The notes: generated by a model from the sequence alone, not told the origin. A stretch of DNA of 64,000 nucleotides from Bacillales bacterium UBA6380 (GCA_002438785.1 DJQS01000011.1:94888-158887), one strand, 5' to 3'; positions 27,784-36,865 are shown, counted from the stretch's first letter. Made by a program: numbers and translations.

Positions 27784-28743
27784 TTATTTAAGTTCTATTA
27801 CTTTAACTTTAGGTAATTTATTAATCTCTTCTTGATTAATTCGATCTTTAACGCTATTAAATTGACTTTCATATAATTTAACTTTTTTATTATCAAATAT
27901 ATCTAAAATAATTAAAGAGAGTAAGGTATATGTAATGCTAACTAAGCCAACATAACTTCCACTAAAAGAAAAGATAATTCCTAATGGATAATTATTATAA
28001 CCAGTATAATGATACAAAATGTCACTACTTTTAACTAAATAATAATCACTTGAACTATTAGCATCACCTCTAAAAGTATAATAAATTTCATTATTTACTT
28101 CTAGCTTAGCAATTACTCTATGAACTATTAGATTATTTTTATTATTTTTATAAGCATATATATCAAATAATTTAATATCATCATTATTATTAACTTTTTC
28201 TAATGAAATTAATGAATACGTTTTTATTTGATCATTTAAATTCATATCTTTAAGATATGAATTTTCTTCATTTTTATAACTCATTGATCCACTATTTATA
28301 GTTACATAAGTTTTATTATTTATTTCATATAAATTATTAGATAACTTTGAATAAACTGTAAAAGAGAATATAAAAATAAAAATTATAGAAAATATAATAT
28401 CAAAAATAATTTTTAATATTATATTTCTTTTTTTATTTTTAACCTTTAAATCATATCTTTTAATATATAAAGGCTTATAATCATTATTTAATGGTGGATT
28501 AGATGCATCAATTGTTAAATTAATTGATTTCTTAGAATTAATTAGCCTATATTCAATAGGTCGATTATCTTTATATTCCTTAATAGACATATTCATATCA
28601 TTTTTATATGTCTTATCTAATTTATTATTCTTTATTTTTTCTTTAAATAAAGAATAATTATCTAAAATAATTAAAAGAATAATTATAAAAATAATTGTTA
28701 ATAATAAAACATTAAGTAATATAGATTGAGTTTGTTTAGTCAT
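27784..28743 (-). CDS. SipW/ER-type signal peptidase I paralogue with the same extended architecture (SipW2)
   Basis: INSGSMS, LIVHRVI and TFRGDAN boxes. TM1, charged region, TM2, catalytic domain and C-terminal TM are colinear with SipW1. Confidence 0.7.
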   Translation of the reverse strand: MTKQTQSILLNVLLLTIIFIIILLIILDNYSLFKEKIKNNKLDKTYKNDMNMSIKEYKDNRPIEYRLINSKKSINLTIDASNPPLNNDYKPLYIKRYDLKVKNKKRNIILKIIFDIIFSIIFIFIFSFTVYSKLSNNLYEINNKTYVTINSGSMSYKNEENSYLKDMNLNDQIKTYSLISLEKVNNNDDIKLFDIYAYKNNKNNLIVHRVIAKLEVNNEIYYTFRGDANSSSDYYLVKSSDILYHYTGYNNYPLGIIFSFSGSYVGLVSITYTLLSLIILDIFDNKKVKLYESQFNSVKDRINQEEINKLPKVKVIELK

Positions 28744-28783
28744 ATTTAAAATTATATTAAAATAATTAAAGGATTAATAGATT

Positions 28784-28927
28784 TTATTTATTATTATTAA
28801 ATCCTATTTCATACTCTAAGTTATTACTATAACTATTATTTGAATTAGTTTTAGTAATAACCCAAGCAGAAATACCTACTCCAATTAATCCTGATAATAA
28901 TATTAAAGTTAATAAGAGTTTTTTCAT
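28784..28927 (-). CDS. unannotated 47-aa ORF with a SipW-type leader plus a single short beta-strand (P5)
   Basis: My own translation is MKKLLLTLILLSGLIGVGISAWVITKTNSNNSYSNNLEYEIGFNNNK*. The leader closely matches that of P3. It starts 7 nt after the 839-aa gene stop. No clear SD. Confidence 0.55.
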   Translation of the reverse strand: MKKLLLTLILLSGLIGVGISAWVITKTNSNNSYSNNLEYEIGFNNNK

Positions 28928-28933
28928 AAGGTG

Positions 28934-31453
28934 TCATTTATATAATTTAATACCAATTATAACAGCTCTTTTTTTATTTGTCGAAATTTCAATAGTTTTA
29001 GTAGGATTGAATGTATAAGCTAAAGTCTTCGACAATGTTTTTCCATCAGTATTTTTATCCATAGACAATGTCACACCATTTACAGTAACATCACAAGTAT
29101 CATTTTTCCATGCATAACCAATTAATTCAATTTTAGAAACTTCTTCTTTAGTTTCAAAAGATAAATTTCCAGCTTTTTTGCTTGTTCCAAGCCTAATACC
29201 ACCTTTAGTATTTGAAGTAAAACCATTTTCAGCATTTATTAAAGAAGTAATCATGCCACTATCGTTAGTAGAAGATTGTAATGCAACATCTAGAAAATTT
29301 TCTTTGCTTATAGATTGCGAATAAATATCTCCACTTATTGTTTCGCTTTCAGCTTCAAATTTATATTCACCAAGCAAAGTATAAGAAGTACCCTCTTCAA
29401 CTTTTAAAAGAAGTTTATTACTAATAACATCATTATATTTAGCAGTTATCTCAGTTTCCCCAACACTTAAAGCATGAATTATTCCATCATTAGAAATGGT
29501 AGCAACACTAGGATTAGATGAACTCCATTCCAAAGTAACATTTATTTGACTTGGATTTGTAGTAACGGTGACTTTTCTATCAGCATCACCTAATTTCATT
29601 GTCATTTCATTTTCAAGCGTAATTGAAGTAGGGACAACATCAACACTTTCATAACTTATAATTACACCATAATAATTATTATATTTACCTTTACTAATTG
29701 TACCAAATACTTGTATTTTTATCTTATAACCAACTTTCATTGCAGGAGTAGGATCATCACCTTTTTTAAAATCATAGCTATATTTGTACTCAGTATAACT
29801 TAATGATTTATTATCATTATTTTCAATACGTGATCCATAAATTACTAATTTATTATTATTTGAATCAACTAAAGTAAATCTACCATATTCAGCTTTTTCA
29901 ATTGAATAAACAGTACCTTCAACTTCATAAAGGTGGGTAGAATCATAAGTAGTATCGGATAAAACTTTTTCAATAGTAGATTGAATAGGTTTACTTAAAT
30001 CAATAACTTCATAGCCAATTACATAAGCTCCTTCTTGTTCTACTTTAAATGAATAATCCTCTAAATAAACTTTATCACCACCATTTAAAGTGTAATAAAC
30101 TTTACTTAATTCATAACCTTCATTTGCTTTAACAGTAAAACTTATAGATGAACCTAATTGATATTTACTATCTTCTTTAGCATCGGTTATAGTAACTTCT
30201 GCACCAGTTAATGTATCATCAATATTGATAGTAACAGTCTTAACTGGTTCTTCTTTCTTACTAACTTCTAATTTAAAAACATTTTCACCTTCTAATAATG
30301 TAAAGTATTCTTCAGTTAGTTTAGTTTCGTTTAAATAAGCTACATAACTAAATCCATCATCAACTGTAACTTTATAAGTAACCTTACTACCGACATTATA
30401 TTCTTCATTTAATTTAAGCTCAGTACCTTTATCATCAAGAAATTTAACTGTAGCGTGTTCAACATCGTTATATAAAATGCTACCTTTTTTAACTTCATCA
30501 ACTAATTCATATTTAAATTTATAATTTACACCTTCTAAGAAATTGTAACTTCCTTCGTAAGTATAACCTTTATTTGTAGCTCTAGTTGTAGAAGCTACTT
30601 TCTTCATACTAACTTTATCTTCATTTATATAAATTACATCATCTTTAAGTAATTTTCCTTCATCTAAAGTTAAAGTTAAACTATGTTCTCCAGTAACTAA
30701 TTTATTATCTTTTAATCCTTCAATAGTTAAACTAGATCCACTAATTTCAGGTAAAGTAATTTCACCTGTTAATTTTTCAACAGGTTTAACTTCACTACTT
30801 CCACCAAGTTGAATAGTATATCTAAAAGCAACACCATCAAAAGCTTTAACTAAACTTTCAAAATTTTTAACTTGCTCTTCTTTAGCTAAATCTTTCCAAA
30901 CAATTTGTGGATTATTTCCTAATTTTTCACTCCAAGAGAAAGTAAATGTATAAGGATATCCATCATTTTCATATTGAGCATCAAGCCAAGTTTTATAATT
31001 AATTGTGCTATCAATAGGCAAAGCAATATAACTTAATAAATTCTCTAACCTAGTTCCTTCTAAAGCTTTCTTTGTTTCTTTATCAATAGCCTCAGTTTTA
31101 ATAACTAAATTAGGTCGATATTGTTCACTAACTAAATCCCAGTACTTATCTTTTAAAGCTTGATAAGGAGAAACATTTAATCCGCCATCTTTTTTAACAC
31201 CTTTAATTAAATAAGATTTAGATAAATTTTCTTCACCATAATATTCTTTAGGTGCATCAAATTTAATTTTTTCATTAGTATCTTTTTCTTTAACTTCCAA
31301 ATCAAAGTCGCTATTTCCAACTGTAGTGATTTCAAAAGGAATTTCACCATCTTTTGAAGTAAAGCCTCCATTAACTGTCCAAGTAGCATAAGCAGTTCCG
31401 ATTAAACTTCCGACACTAAGAACACCTATAAGTAATTTACCAACCTTTTTCAT
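28934..31453 (-). CDS. large secreted multi-domain surface protein with a SipW-type leader and a Big_2 domain (P4)
   Basis: N-terminus MKKVGKLLIGVLSVGSLIGTAYATWTV. GGGAGG RBS. Contains repeated Ig-like segments, an OB-like segment (aa ~508-602) and a Big_2-like segment (SSSNPSVATISNDGIIHALSVGETEITA). Confidence 0.85.
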   Translation of the reverse strand: MKKVGKLLIGVLSVGSLIGTAYATWTVNGGFTSKDGEIPFEITTVGNSDFDLEVKEKDTNEKIKFDAPKEYYGEENLSKSYLIKGVKKDGGLNVSPYQALKDKYWDLVSEQYRPNLVIKTEAIDKETKKALEGTRLENLLSYIALPIDSTINYKTWLDAQYENDGYPYTFTFSWSEKLGNNPQIVWKDLAKEEQVKNFESLVKAFDGVAFRYTIQLGGSSEVKPVEKLTGEITLPEISGSSLTIEGLKDNKLVTGEHSLTLTLDEGKLLKDDVIYINEDKVSMKKVASTTRATNKGYTYEGSYNFLEGVNYKFKYELVDEVKKGSILYNDVEHATVKFLDDKGTELKLNEEYNVGSKVTYKVTVDDGFSYVAYLNETKLTEEYFTLLEGENVFKLEVSKKEEPVKTVTINIDDTLTGAEVTITDAKEDSKYQLGSSISFTVKANEGYELSKVYYTLNGGDKVYLEDYSFKVEQEGAYVIGYEVIDLSKPIQSTIEKVLSDTTYDSTHLYEVEGTVYSIEKAEYGRFTLVDSNNNKLVIYGSRIENNDNKSLSYTEYKYSYDFKKGDDPTPAMKVGYKIKIQVFGTISKGKYNNYYGVIISYESVDVVPTSITLENEMTMKLGDADRKVTVTTNPSQINVTLEWSSSNPSVATISNDGIIHALSVGETEITAKYNDVISNKLLLKVEEGTSYTLLGEYKFEAESETISGDIYSQSISKENFLDVALQSSTNDSGMITSLINAENGFTSNTKGGIRLGTSKKAGNLSFETKEEVSKIELIGYAWKNDTCDVTVNGVTLSMDKNTDGKTLSKTLAYTFNPTKTIEISTNKKRAVIIGIKLYK

Positions 31454-31569
31454 TAAGAATCCTCCCTTTTAGCAAATGTTTAATAAATTAAATCGTTAAA
31501 AAAGTAATATAAAAAACTCAGATAAAAATTCTCTTTCTAAACATATTTTATAAAACTTTTCATGAATTT

Positions 31570-31580
31570 ATAATATCACA
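31570..31580 (-). promoter_or_regulatory. candidate extended -10 promoter element for locus 2
   Basis: Minus strand reads TGTGATATTAT (TRTGn + TATTAT), ~115 nt upstream of the P4 start. The -35 is weak. Confidence 0.35.
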
Positions 31581-31616
31581 TCTGTATTTTGAAATGAAAA
31601 TATATTTATTAAAAAG

Positions 31617-31633
31617 TTGTAAATAAATTGTAA
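31617..31633. promoter_or_regulatory. TTGTAA-N5-TTGTAA direct repeat (11-bp period), related to the locus 1 repeats
   Basis: TTGTAA at 31617 and 31628. TTGTAA is the reverse complement of TTACAA, which occurs in the locus 1 distal site. Confidence 0.25.
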
Positions 31634-31728
31634 TATGTTTTCGTTAATCATTAACACATTAAGATATCAACTAATAGTTAAATTCAAAAAAATATTTAAC
31701 TTCTAAAGACTTTTTATAAAAAATTAGA

Positions 31729-32424
31729 TTATTTTATTTTACTTAACTTAATTAATTTATCTATTAAATTAGTAATTATATAAAATATTGGTATAATTAA
31801 AAATATAACCCAACTAGGACTCCAACCATTAAAAGTATTTGTATATGTTCCATATAATCCTATAATTAAATAAATACTAATAACTAAAAATACGATATTA
31901 AAACGTCTTATATCTTTATAAATATAGCAATCATAAATACTACTTGGTAAAAACCCAATAAAAAAGATAGGCCAAAATACAAAAAATCCAAGATTATTCT
32001 TATTTAGTATTAATCCTAATACTAAATAAATAATAAATATTATAAGCAAAGAAATAGATAAAACTAAAGAACTAATCAAACGTTGTTTTTTCTTTTTATT
32101 ATAAAATTTATAAAAACTCTCTTTACCAAAATGTACTTTTTTATCTCTAGGAGCTTTAAATTTAACCTCTTCTTCAATTATAACATCATCATTGCGTTTA
32201 CTTAAAATATCATCTATTTTTTTATTAGTATCAATTAAATCACTTATAGAAACATGGTAAATATTAGCTAATTCATGAAGTTGATCATAAGTTAAATCAA
32301 CCTCTCCTTCTTCAATTTTAATAATAAGATCAGAACTAATATTTAATAAATTAGCTAATTCATTAATACTATAACCAAACTCTTCTCTAAATTCTTTTAA
32401 TCGATTTCCAAGTAATTTATCCAT
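31729..32424 (-). CDS. XRE-family HTH protein fused to a 4-TM membrane domain
   Basis: N-terminal HTH (LKEFREEFGYSINELANLLNISSDLIIKIEEG) followed by several hydrophobic segments. Confidence 0.75.
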   Translation of the reverse strand: MDKLLGNRLKEFREEFGYSINELANLLNISSDLIIKIEEGEVDLTYDQLHELANIYHVSISDLIDTNKKIDDILSKRNDDVIIEEEVKFKAPRDKKVHFGKESFYKFYNKKKKQRLISSLVLSISLLIIFIIYLVLGLILNKNNLGFFVFWPIFFIGFLPSSIYDCYIYKDIRRFNIVFLVISIYLIIGLYGTYTNTFNGWSPSWVIFLIIPIFYIITNLIDKLIKLSKIK

Positions 32425-32453
32425 ATATCTATATTATTATATTTAAAATAATT

Positions 32454-33536
32454 TTATTGAATAGGTTTTCTAAAAAATTTTCCATAAACTTGTTCCATTG
32501 GAACAACATTAATAAAAACACTAGGATCAATTTCTTTTGTAATTCTAATTACCTTTTTTACTTCACTTTTCCTTACAGCAATATCGATAATAAATAAATC
32601 TTTACCACTATAACCACCTTTCCCTTGAATAATAGTACATCCATGAGGAATCGCAGCAATAATTGCTTGAGATAAATTATAATTAGGAGTGATGATTTTC
32701 ATTTCATATTTTTTATTAGTCGTATTAATTGTATCAACTACTAGCGAAACAACTATCATATATAAAATAGTGAATAAGAAAATAATAATTGCTGTAGGAA
32801 CTTCTACTCTACCTAAACCACCACTATCTGGAAATAACTTCTCATTTAATGGTAAAACAGATAAAATCGAGTAGACAGTCACAACAATTAAATTTAAAAA
32901 AGCACTCCATTTTCCAATTTGAACAGATTTTCTTTCACTAATATAAAAAGCAATAATATCTGTTCCTCCAGCTGTAGTATCAATAATATAAGCTAAAGCA
33001 GCAGCAATACCTGTACACATTCCAGCAAATAAAACTCTAGCTACAGTTTCTGTTGCCATTTTCGCACTTATTAAATTAATAATATTATTCGGATCATCAC
33101 TTTTAATCAAAATACCAAAGATAGAAGCAAAAATAACATTTAATAAAGAATAAATAGCAAATTTTTTACCGACTTTAAAAAATCCCAAGAAAAATAAAGG
33201 AATATTAACTAATAAATAAAAACACCAATATACAATATTATAATTAATATCACTACTCATAAATTCAAAACCGCATAATTTTAAAATAGTTGCTAAAGAT
33301 TGAGAAATTCCACTAGCTCCACAACTTGCTAAATGTTTAATGGTTGCTTCATTAGCAATACTAGGATCAATCGCTTGAAAATTTGGTTGTATAAAGCAAT
33401 TAAATCCAAAGGCAAAAACAATTCCACTTAACGCAGTTATAAAAACCATATAACTATTCTTAATTATTGAATTCAAAATAGGGTGATCAAATAAATAATT
33501 TTTAATGTTTTTCTTAAATTTTATAAATTTATACAT
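32454..33536 (-). CDS. YitT-family membrane protein (DUF161/DUF2179)
   Basis: Polytopic N-terminal part plus a soluble C-terminal domain, with YitT-like size and layout. Confidence 0.65.
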   Translation of the reverse strand: MYKFIKFKKNIKNYLFDHPILNSIIKNSYMVFITALSGIVFAFGFNCFIQPNFQAIDPSIANEATIKHLASCGASGISQSLATILKLCGFEFMSSDINYNIVYWCFYLLVNIPLFFLGFFKVGKKFAIYSLLNVIFASIFGILIKSDDPNNIINLISAKMATETVARVLFAGMCTGIAAALAYIIDTTAGGTDIIAFYISERKSVQIGKWSAFLNLIVVTVYSILSVLPLNEKLFPDSGGLGRVEVPTAIIIFLFTILYMIVVSLVVDTINTTNKKYEMKIITPNYNLSQAIIAAIPHGCTIIQGKGGYSGKDLFIIDIAVRKSEVKKVIRITKEIDPSVFINVVPMEQVYGKFFRKPIQ

Positions 33537-33730
33537 AACAAAAATATTATTTTACAAAATAGTTTTAATAACAAGAAAAAAATAATAATCATCTATAAAT
33601 CTTCATCTTTTCATATAGCATTTAATTTTAAAACTTTATATATATTTATATATATAATTAAAAAAATAAAGTTGTTAATTTATTTAACTAGTGTTATTAT
33701 TTTTATTGCATATTATTTGAGGTAATTTAC

Positions 33731-34603
33731 ATGAAATTTTTAAAAATATTAGCTACACCATTTATTAAATTATGGGGTTGGATTAGAGATACCGCTTGGG
33801 TTCAACCACTTCTTATTGTCGGTTGTATTTTTGCAGTTATATTTTCAATTCCATATATTTCTAAAGGAATTCAAAATCTTTCTAAAAGTGAAGAAGATAC
33901 AATGAAATTCTATAACAATAATCGCTTATCAATGTCAGGTGCTTATAAAGATAATTCTGATGCTGGAAAATTTTTATATGCTTATTCTAATGCCCAAAAC
34001 GCTTGGGAAGATTATAACAATAGTAAAAATTTAGAAGATAGCAAGAAAACTTTATCTGAATTTAGTGATAGATATGGTGATAAATTCTTCTTTATCTTAG
34101 CTAAATCAAGTTGTGATGCCTGTGAAAACATTTCTACTGGTCTAGAATATTTGAAAAATAATCAAAGTAAATATGACGTTAAAGGTGTTAAATTACATAC
34201 CATCGTTGTTGATCAAGATTTAAGTAAAAATGATGAGGATGATAATTATAAAACCGATAGTGCTTTTAAAATGATTTATGACAATTATTCTGGAGCATTT
34301 GATAATTTCTATGATGCTGGTAGAAATGGTAGTTATTATACAAGTAATGTCAGTGATTATAGTTCATATGTCGATAATTTAGAAACATTGCATGGAAAAG
34401 TTGAAGATATTAAAGTTCCTTTAGTTGTAATGGTTGATTTATCTAAAGATGATTATGGTGAATATGTGATGAAAGGATATGATTATATTGCTACTCAAGT
34501 ATTCTTTGAAATTACTGGCGATACTAAATATGATCGTGCTTCTAGTTTTGCTGATTGTTGGAAATATTATGGCAAAACATTCGGTAAATCAGTTACTGAA
34601 TAA
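33731..34603 (+). CDS. membrane-anchored protein with a possible thioredoxin-like CxxC domain
   Basis: N-terminal TM. FFFILAKSSCDACENI resembles a thioredoxin-fold CxxC context. Otherwise uncharacterised. Confidence 0.45.
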   Translation: MKFLKILATPFIKLWGWIRDTAWVQPLLIVGCIFAVIFSIPYISKGIQNLSKSEEDTMKFYNNNRLSMSGAYKDNSDAGKFLYAYSNAQNAWEDYNNSKNLEDSKKTLSEFSDRYGDKFFFILAKSSCDACENISTGLEYLKNNQSKYDVKGVKLHTIVVDQDLSKNDEDDNYKTDSAFKMIYDNYSGAFDNFYDAGRNGSYYTSNVSDYSSYVDNLETLHGKVEDIKVPLVVMVDLSKDDYGEYVMKGYDYIATQVFFEITGDTKYDRASSFADCWKYYGKTFGKSVTE

Positions 34604-34635
34604 TTTTAGTTAATATTTATTAAATTCATTAAAAA

Positions 34636-34656
34636 ATAGTTCTATAAAAGAACTAT
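34636..34656. terminator. bidirectional hairpin terminator
   Basis: ATAGTTCT-ATAAA-AGAACTAT, flanked by an A-run and a T-run, between convergent genes. Confidence 0.75.
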
Positions 34657-34661
34657 TTTTT

Positions 34662-35147
34662 CTATTTATCTTTATTTTGATAAGCTTTAATAACTTCTTT
34701 AGGAACTAATGGTGAAATGTCTACTCCAGAATGATACATTTCATCAATTGCTGAACTAGAAATAAATGTTGTTTCTTGATGTGACATCAAAAAAACCATT
34801 TCGATATTAGGATCAATATATTCATTAGCTGCTGCAAGCTGCCATTCATATTCAAAATCACTTACAACTCGAATTCCTCTAATTAGTGCACTTGCATGAT
34901 GAATTTTTGCATAATCAATTGTTAATCCACTAGTTGAATCGACTTTAACATTTGGATATTTTTTAATTATCTCTTTAATTATCGCTAATCTTTCATCAAT
35001 ACTAAATCTAGCATTATTAATTTTTTCTTTATTAAAAGCTATTAAAATAATTATTTCATCAAATAATTTACTAGCTCTATTTAAAATATCTAGATGACCA
35101 TTCGTAATTGGGTCGAAACTTCCTGGATAAATGCCTATTCTTTTCAT
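34662..35147 (-). CDS. coaD: phosphopantetheine adenylyltransferase
   Basis: GIYPGSFDPITNGHLDI N-terminus. 161 aa. Confidence 0.93.
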   Translation of the reverse strand: MKRIGIYPGSFDPITNGHLDILNRASKLFDEIIILIAFNKEKINNARFSIDERLAIIKEIIKKYPNVKVDSTSGLTIDYAKIHHASALIRGIRVVSDFEYEWQLAAANEYIDPNIEMVFLMSHQETTFISSSAIDEMYHSGVDISPLVPKEVIKAYQNKDK

Positions 35148-35686
35148 TTTATTTTACCTCTTAATATATAAATTAATGTACGCCCATATTTTAATTCTTT
35201 AATAGAATAATCTTTAAAATCATTAATATCTAATTTATTTTCTCTTTCTATAATAATAGTAGAATCATTGTTTATTATATAATTATTTTTTAGTAAAGTA
35301 ATAAATGTATTATCAATATTATATTTATAAGGTGGATCAATAAATACAATATCAAATGTAAAATTTAATTTAATGATAGCCTTATAAAAATCATCATTAA
35401 TAACTTTAATATCTTCATTTATTTTTAAATTATTAATATTATCTAAAATTATATTATAAGCATCTTTATCTTTTTCAATAGCAACAACTTTTTTAGCATT
35501 TCGACTAATAGCTTCTATAGCAATAGCTCCACTACCACTAAAAGCATCTAAAAAAGATTTATTAGTTAAATCACCCAAAGAAGAAAATAAACCACATTTA
35601 GCAATATCTTTTGTTGCTCGTGTTGTTTCTTTTAATGGCTGTTTTAATAACCTATGCTTATATTTCCCACCAATAACCCTAAGCAT
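35144..35686 (-). CDS. rsmD: 16S rRNA (guanine966-N2)-methyltransferase
   Basis: MLRVIGGKYK start, a SAM-binding motif and DPPY. Conserved rsmD-coaD pairing. Confidence 0.85.
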   Translation of the reverse strand: MLRVIGGKYKHRLLKQPLKETTRATKDIAKCGLFSSLGDLTNKSFLDAFSGSGAIAIEAISRNAKKVVAIEKDKDAYNIILDNINNLKINEDIKVINDDFYKAIIKLNFTFDIVFIDPPYKYNIDNTFITLLKNNYIINNDSTIIIERENKLDINDFKDYSIKELKYGRTLIYILRGKIK

Positions 35687-35687
35687 A

Positions 35688-36029
35688 TTATTCCTTTAAA
35701 AAACTAAATAATTTATTATCAATTTCTTCATATAATTTATTTAAATTATTTAGTTTTTCATTATATATTTTTACATCGTCGATACTATTTATTTGATCCA
35801 TAATTTCTTTTAATTTAATTTGTTCTTTAAGCACTTCTTTACTATTTTTTGAGAAATGTTTTAAGGCATCTTCATAGTCCATTATAACTAAATCTTTCTT
35901 ATATGCTAATTTCATTAATTCTTCATTATGATTAATTTTTTCTTCAATCTTAATAAATTCTTGATATTCTTTACTTTCATGAATTAGCTCATTAAGTTCA
36001 TAACATTTAAGTAACAATTCTTCATTCAT
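35688..36029 (-). CDS. YlbF/YmcA/YheA (Com_YlbF) family protein
   Basis: 113-aa helical protein with a ...IHESKEYQEF... motif. Neighbourhood matches the Bacillus ylbF-rsmD-coaD arrangement. Confidence 0.55.
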   Translation of the reverse strand: MNEELLLKCYELNELIHESKEYQEFIKIEEKINHNEELMKLAYKKDLVIMDYEDALKHFSKNSKEVLKEQIKLKEIMDQINSIDDVKIYNEKLNNLNKLYEEIDNKLFSFLKE

Positions 36030-36210
36030 AATTATTATTTTATCATAAGTTAGTTTTATTTACTTCTTTAATTTTCTTAAGCAAAATTCTCACTTATTTT
36101 ATAAAAAAGTCTTTAAAAACTGAATATTTTTGTTAATTTTAATTAAATAATATGAATTTTAATACATATAAAACTAGTCAATTTATAATATTTATATTAT
36201 AATTTTTCAT

Positions 36211-36759
36211 ATGAAATTATTTAAGATAGTAAAAGATAACAAGAAAAGTTTAAGAGAAATAAGCACTGAATTAGAGCTTCCTTTATCTAAAGAATATAAA
36301 GATACTTTGTTTGATATGCTCGAGTATTTAAAAGCATCTCAAGATGAGGAGTTATCAAATAAATATCATATTAGATCTGGAGTTGGTTTAGCTGCTCCAC
36401 AAATAGGAATAAATAAACGTATGTTAGCAATTTATATTCAAACTGAAAAAACTACATATCAATATTTATTAGTTAATCCAAAAATTATTTCAATGAGTGC
36501 AAAACTAACTTATTTAGAACAAGGCGAAGGTTGTTTATCTGTTGATCAAGATCATAAAGGATATGTTTATAGACATTATAAAATTAAAGTTCAAGCCTAC
36601 GATGCATTAGTTGATAAAATGATGGAATATACTTTTGTTGGCTATTTAGCAATTGTTGTACAACACGAAATTGATCATTTAAATGGCGTTTTATATTACG
36701 ATCATATAAATAAATTTGATCCATACAAAAAACTACCAAATAGTATCGCTATTGGTTAA
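36211..36759 (+). CDS. def: peptide deformylase
   Basis: GVGLAAPQ, EGCLS and HEIDH motifs. Confidence 0.93.
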   Translation: MKLFKIVKDNKKSLREISTELELPLSKEYKDTLFDMLEYLKASQDEELSNKYHIRSGVGLAAPQIGINKRMLAIYIQTEKTTYQYLLVNPKIISMSAKLTYLEQGEGCLSVDQDHKGYVYRHYKIKVQAYDALVDKMMEYTFVGYLAIVVQHEIDHLNGVLYYDHINKFDPYKKLPNSIAIG

Positions 36760-36865
36760 ATTTTAATTAATTTTATATTCATTTTTCTTGTATAATTTAA
36801 TCTATTTTTATATAATTTAATCGCAAATTCGATTATATATATTTATTTAAGGAGTTTATTTTTTA

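Noticed and set aside
7741-31453. Alternative readings of the shared N-terminal motif: type IV pilin/pseudopilin, lipoprotein or sortase substrate
   Set aside because: - No G|F-T-L-x-E prepilin motif and no PilD-like peptidase or pilus ATPase nearby.
- No lipobox Cys (the only clear lipobox in the window is in the PhnD-like protein).
- No LPXTG or C-terminal anchor.
- A SipW-like peptidase in each locus makes the SipW-substrate reading the most economical one.
24652-32874. ORFs 24652-24846 (+), 27369-27584 (+), 31207-31389 (-) and 32689-32874 (+)
   Set aside because: Each lies antisense to, or out of frame within, a longer well-supported gene (the ArsB-like permease, coaX, P4 and the YitT-family gene). 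Their translations are compositional noise.
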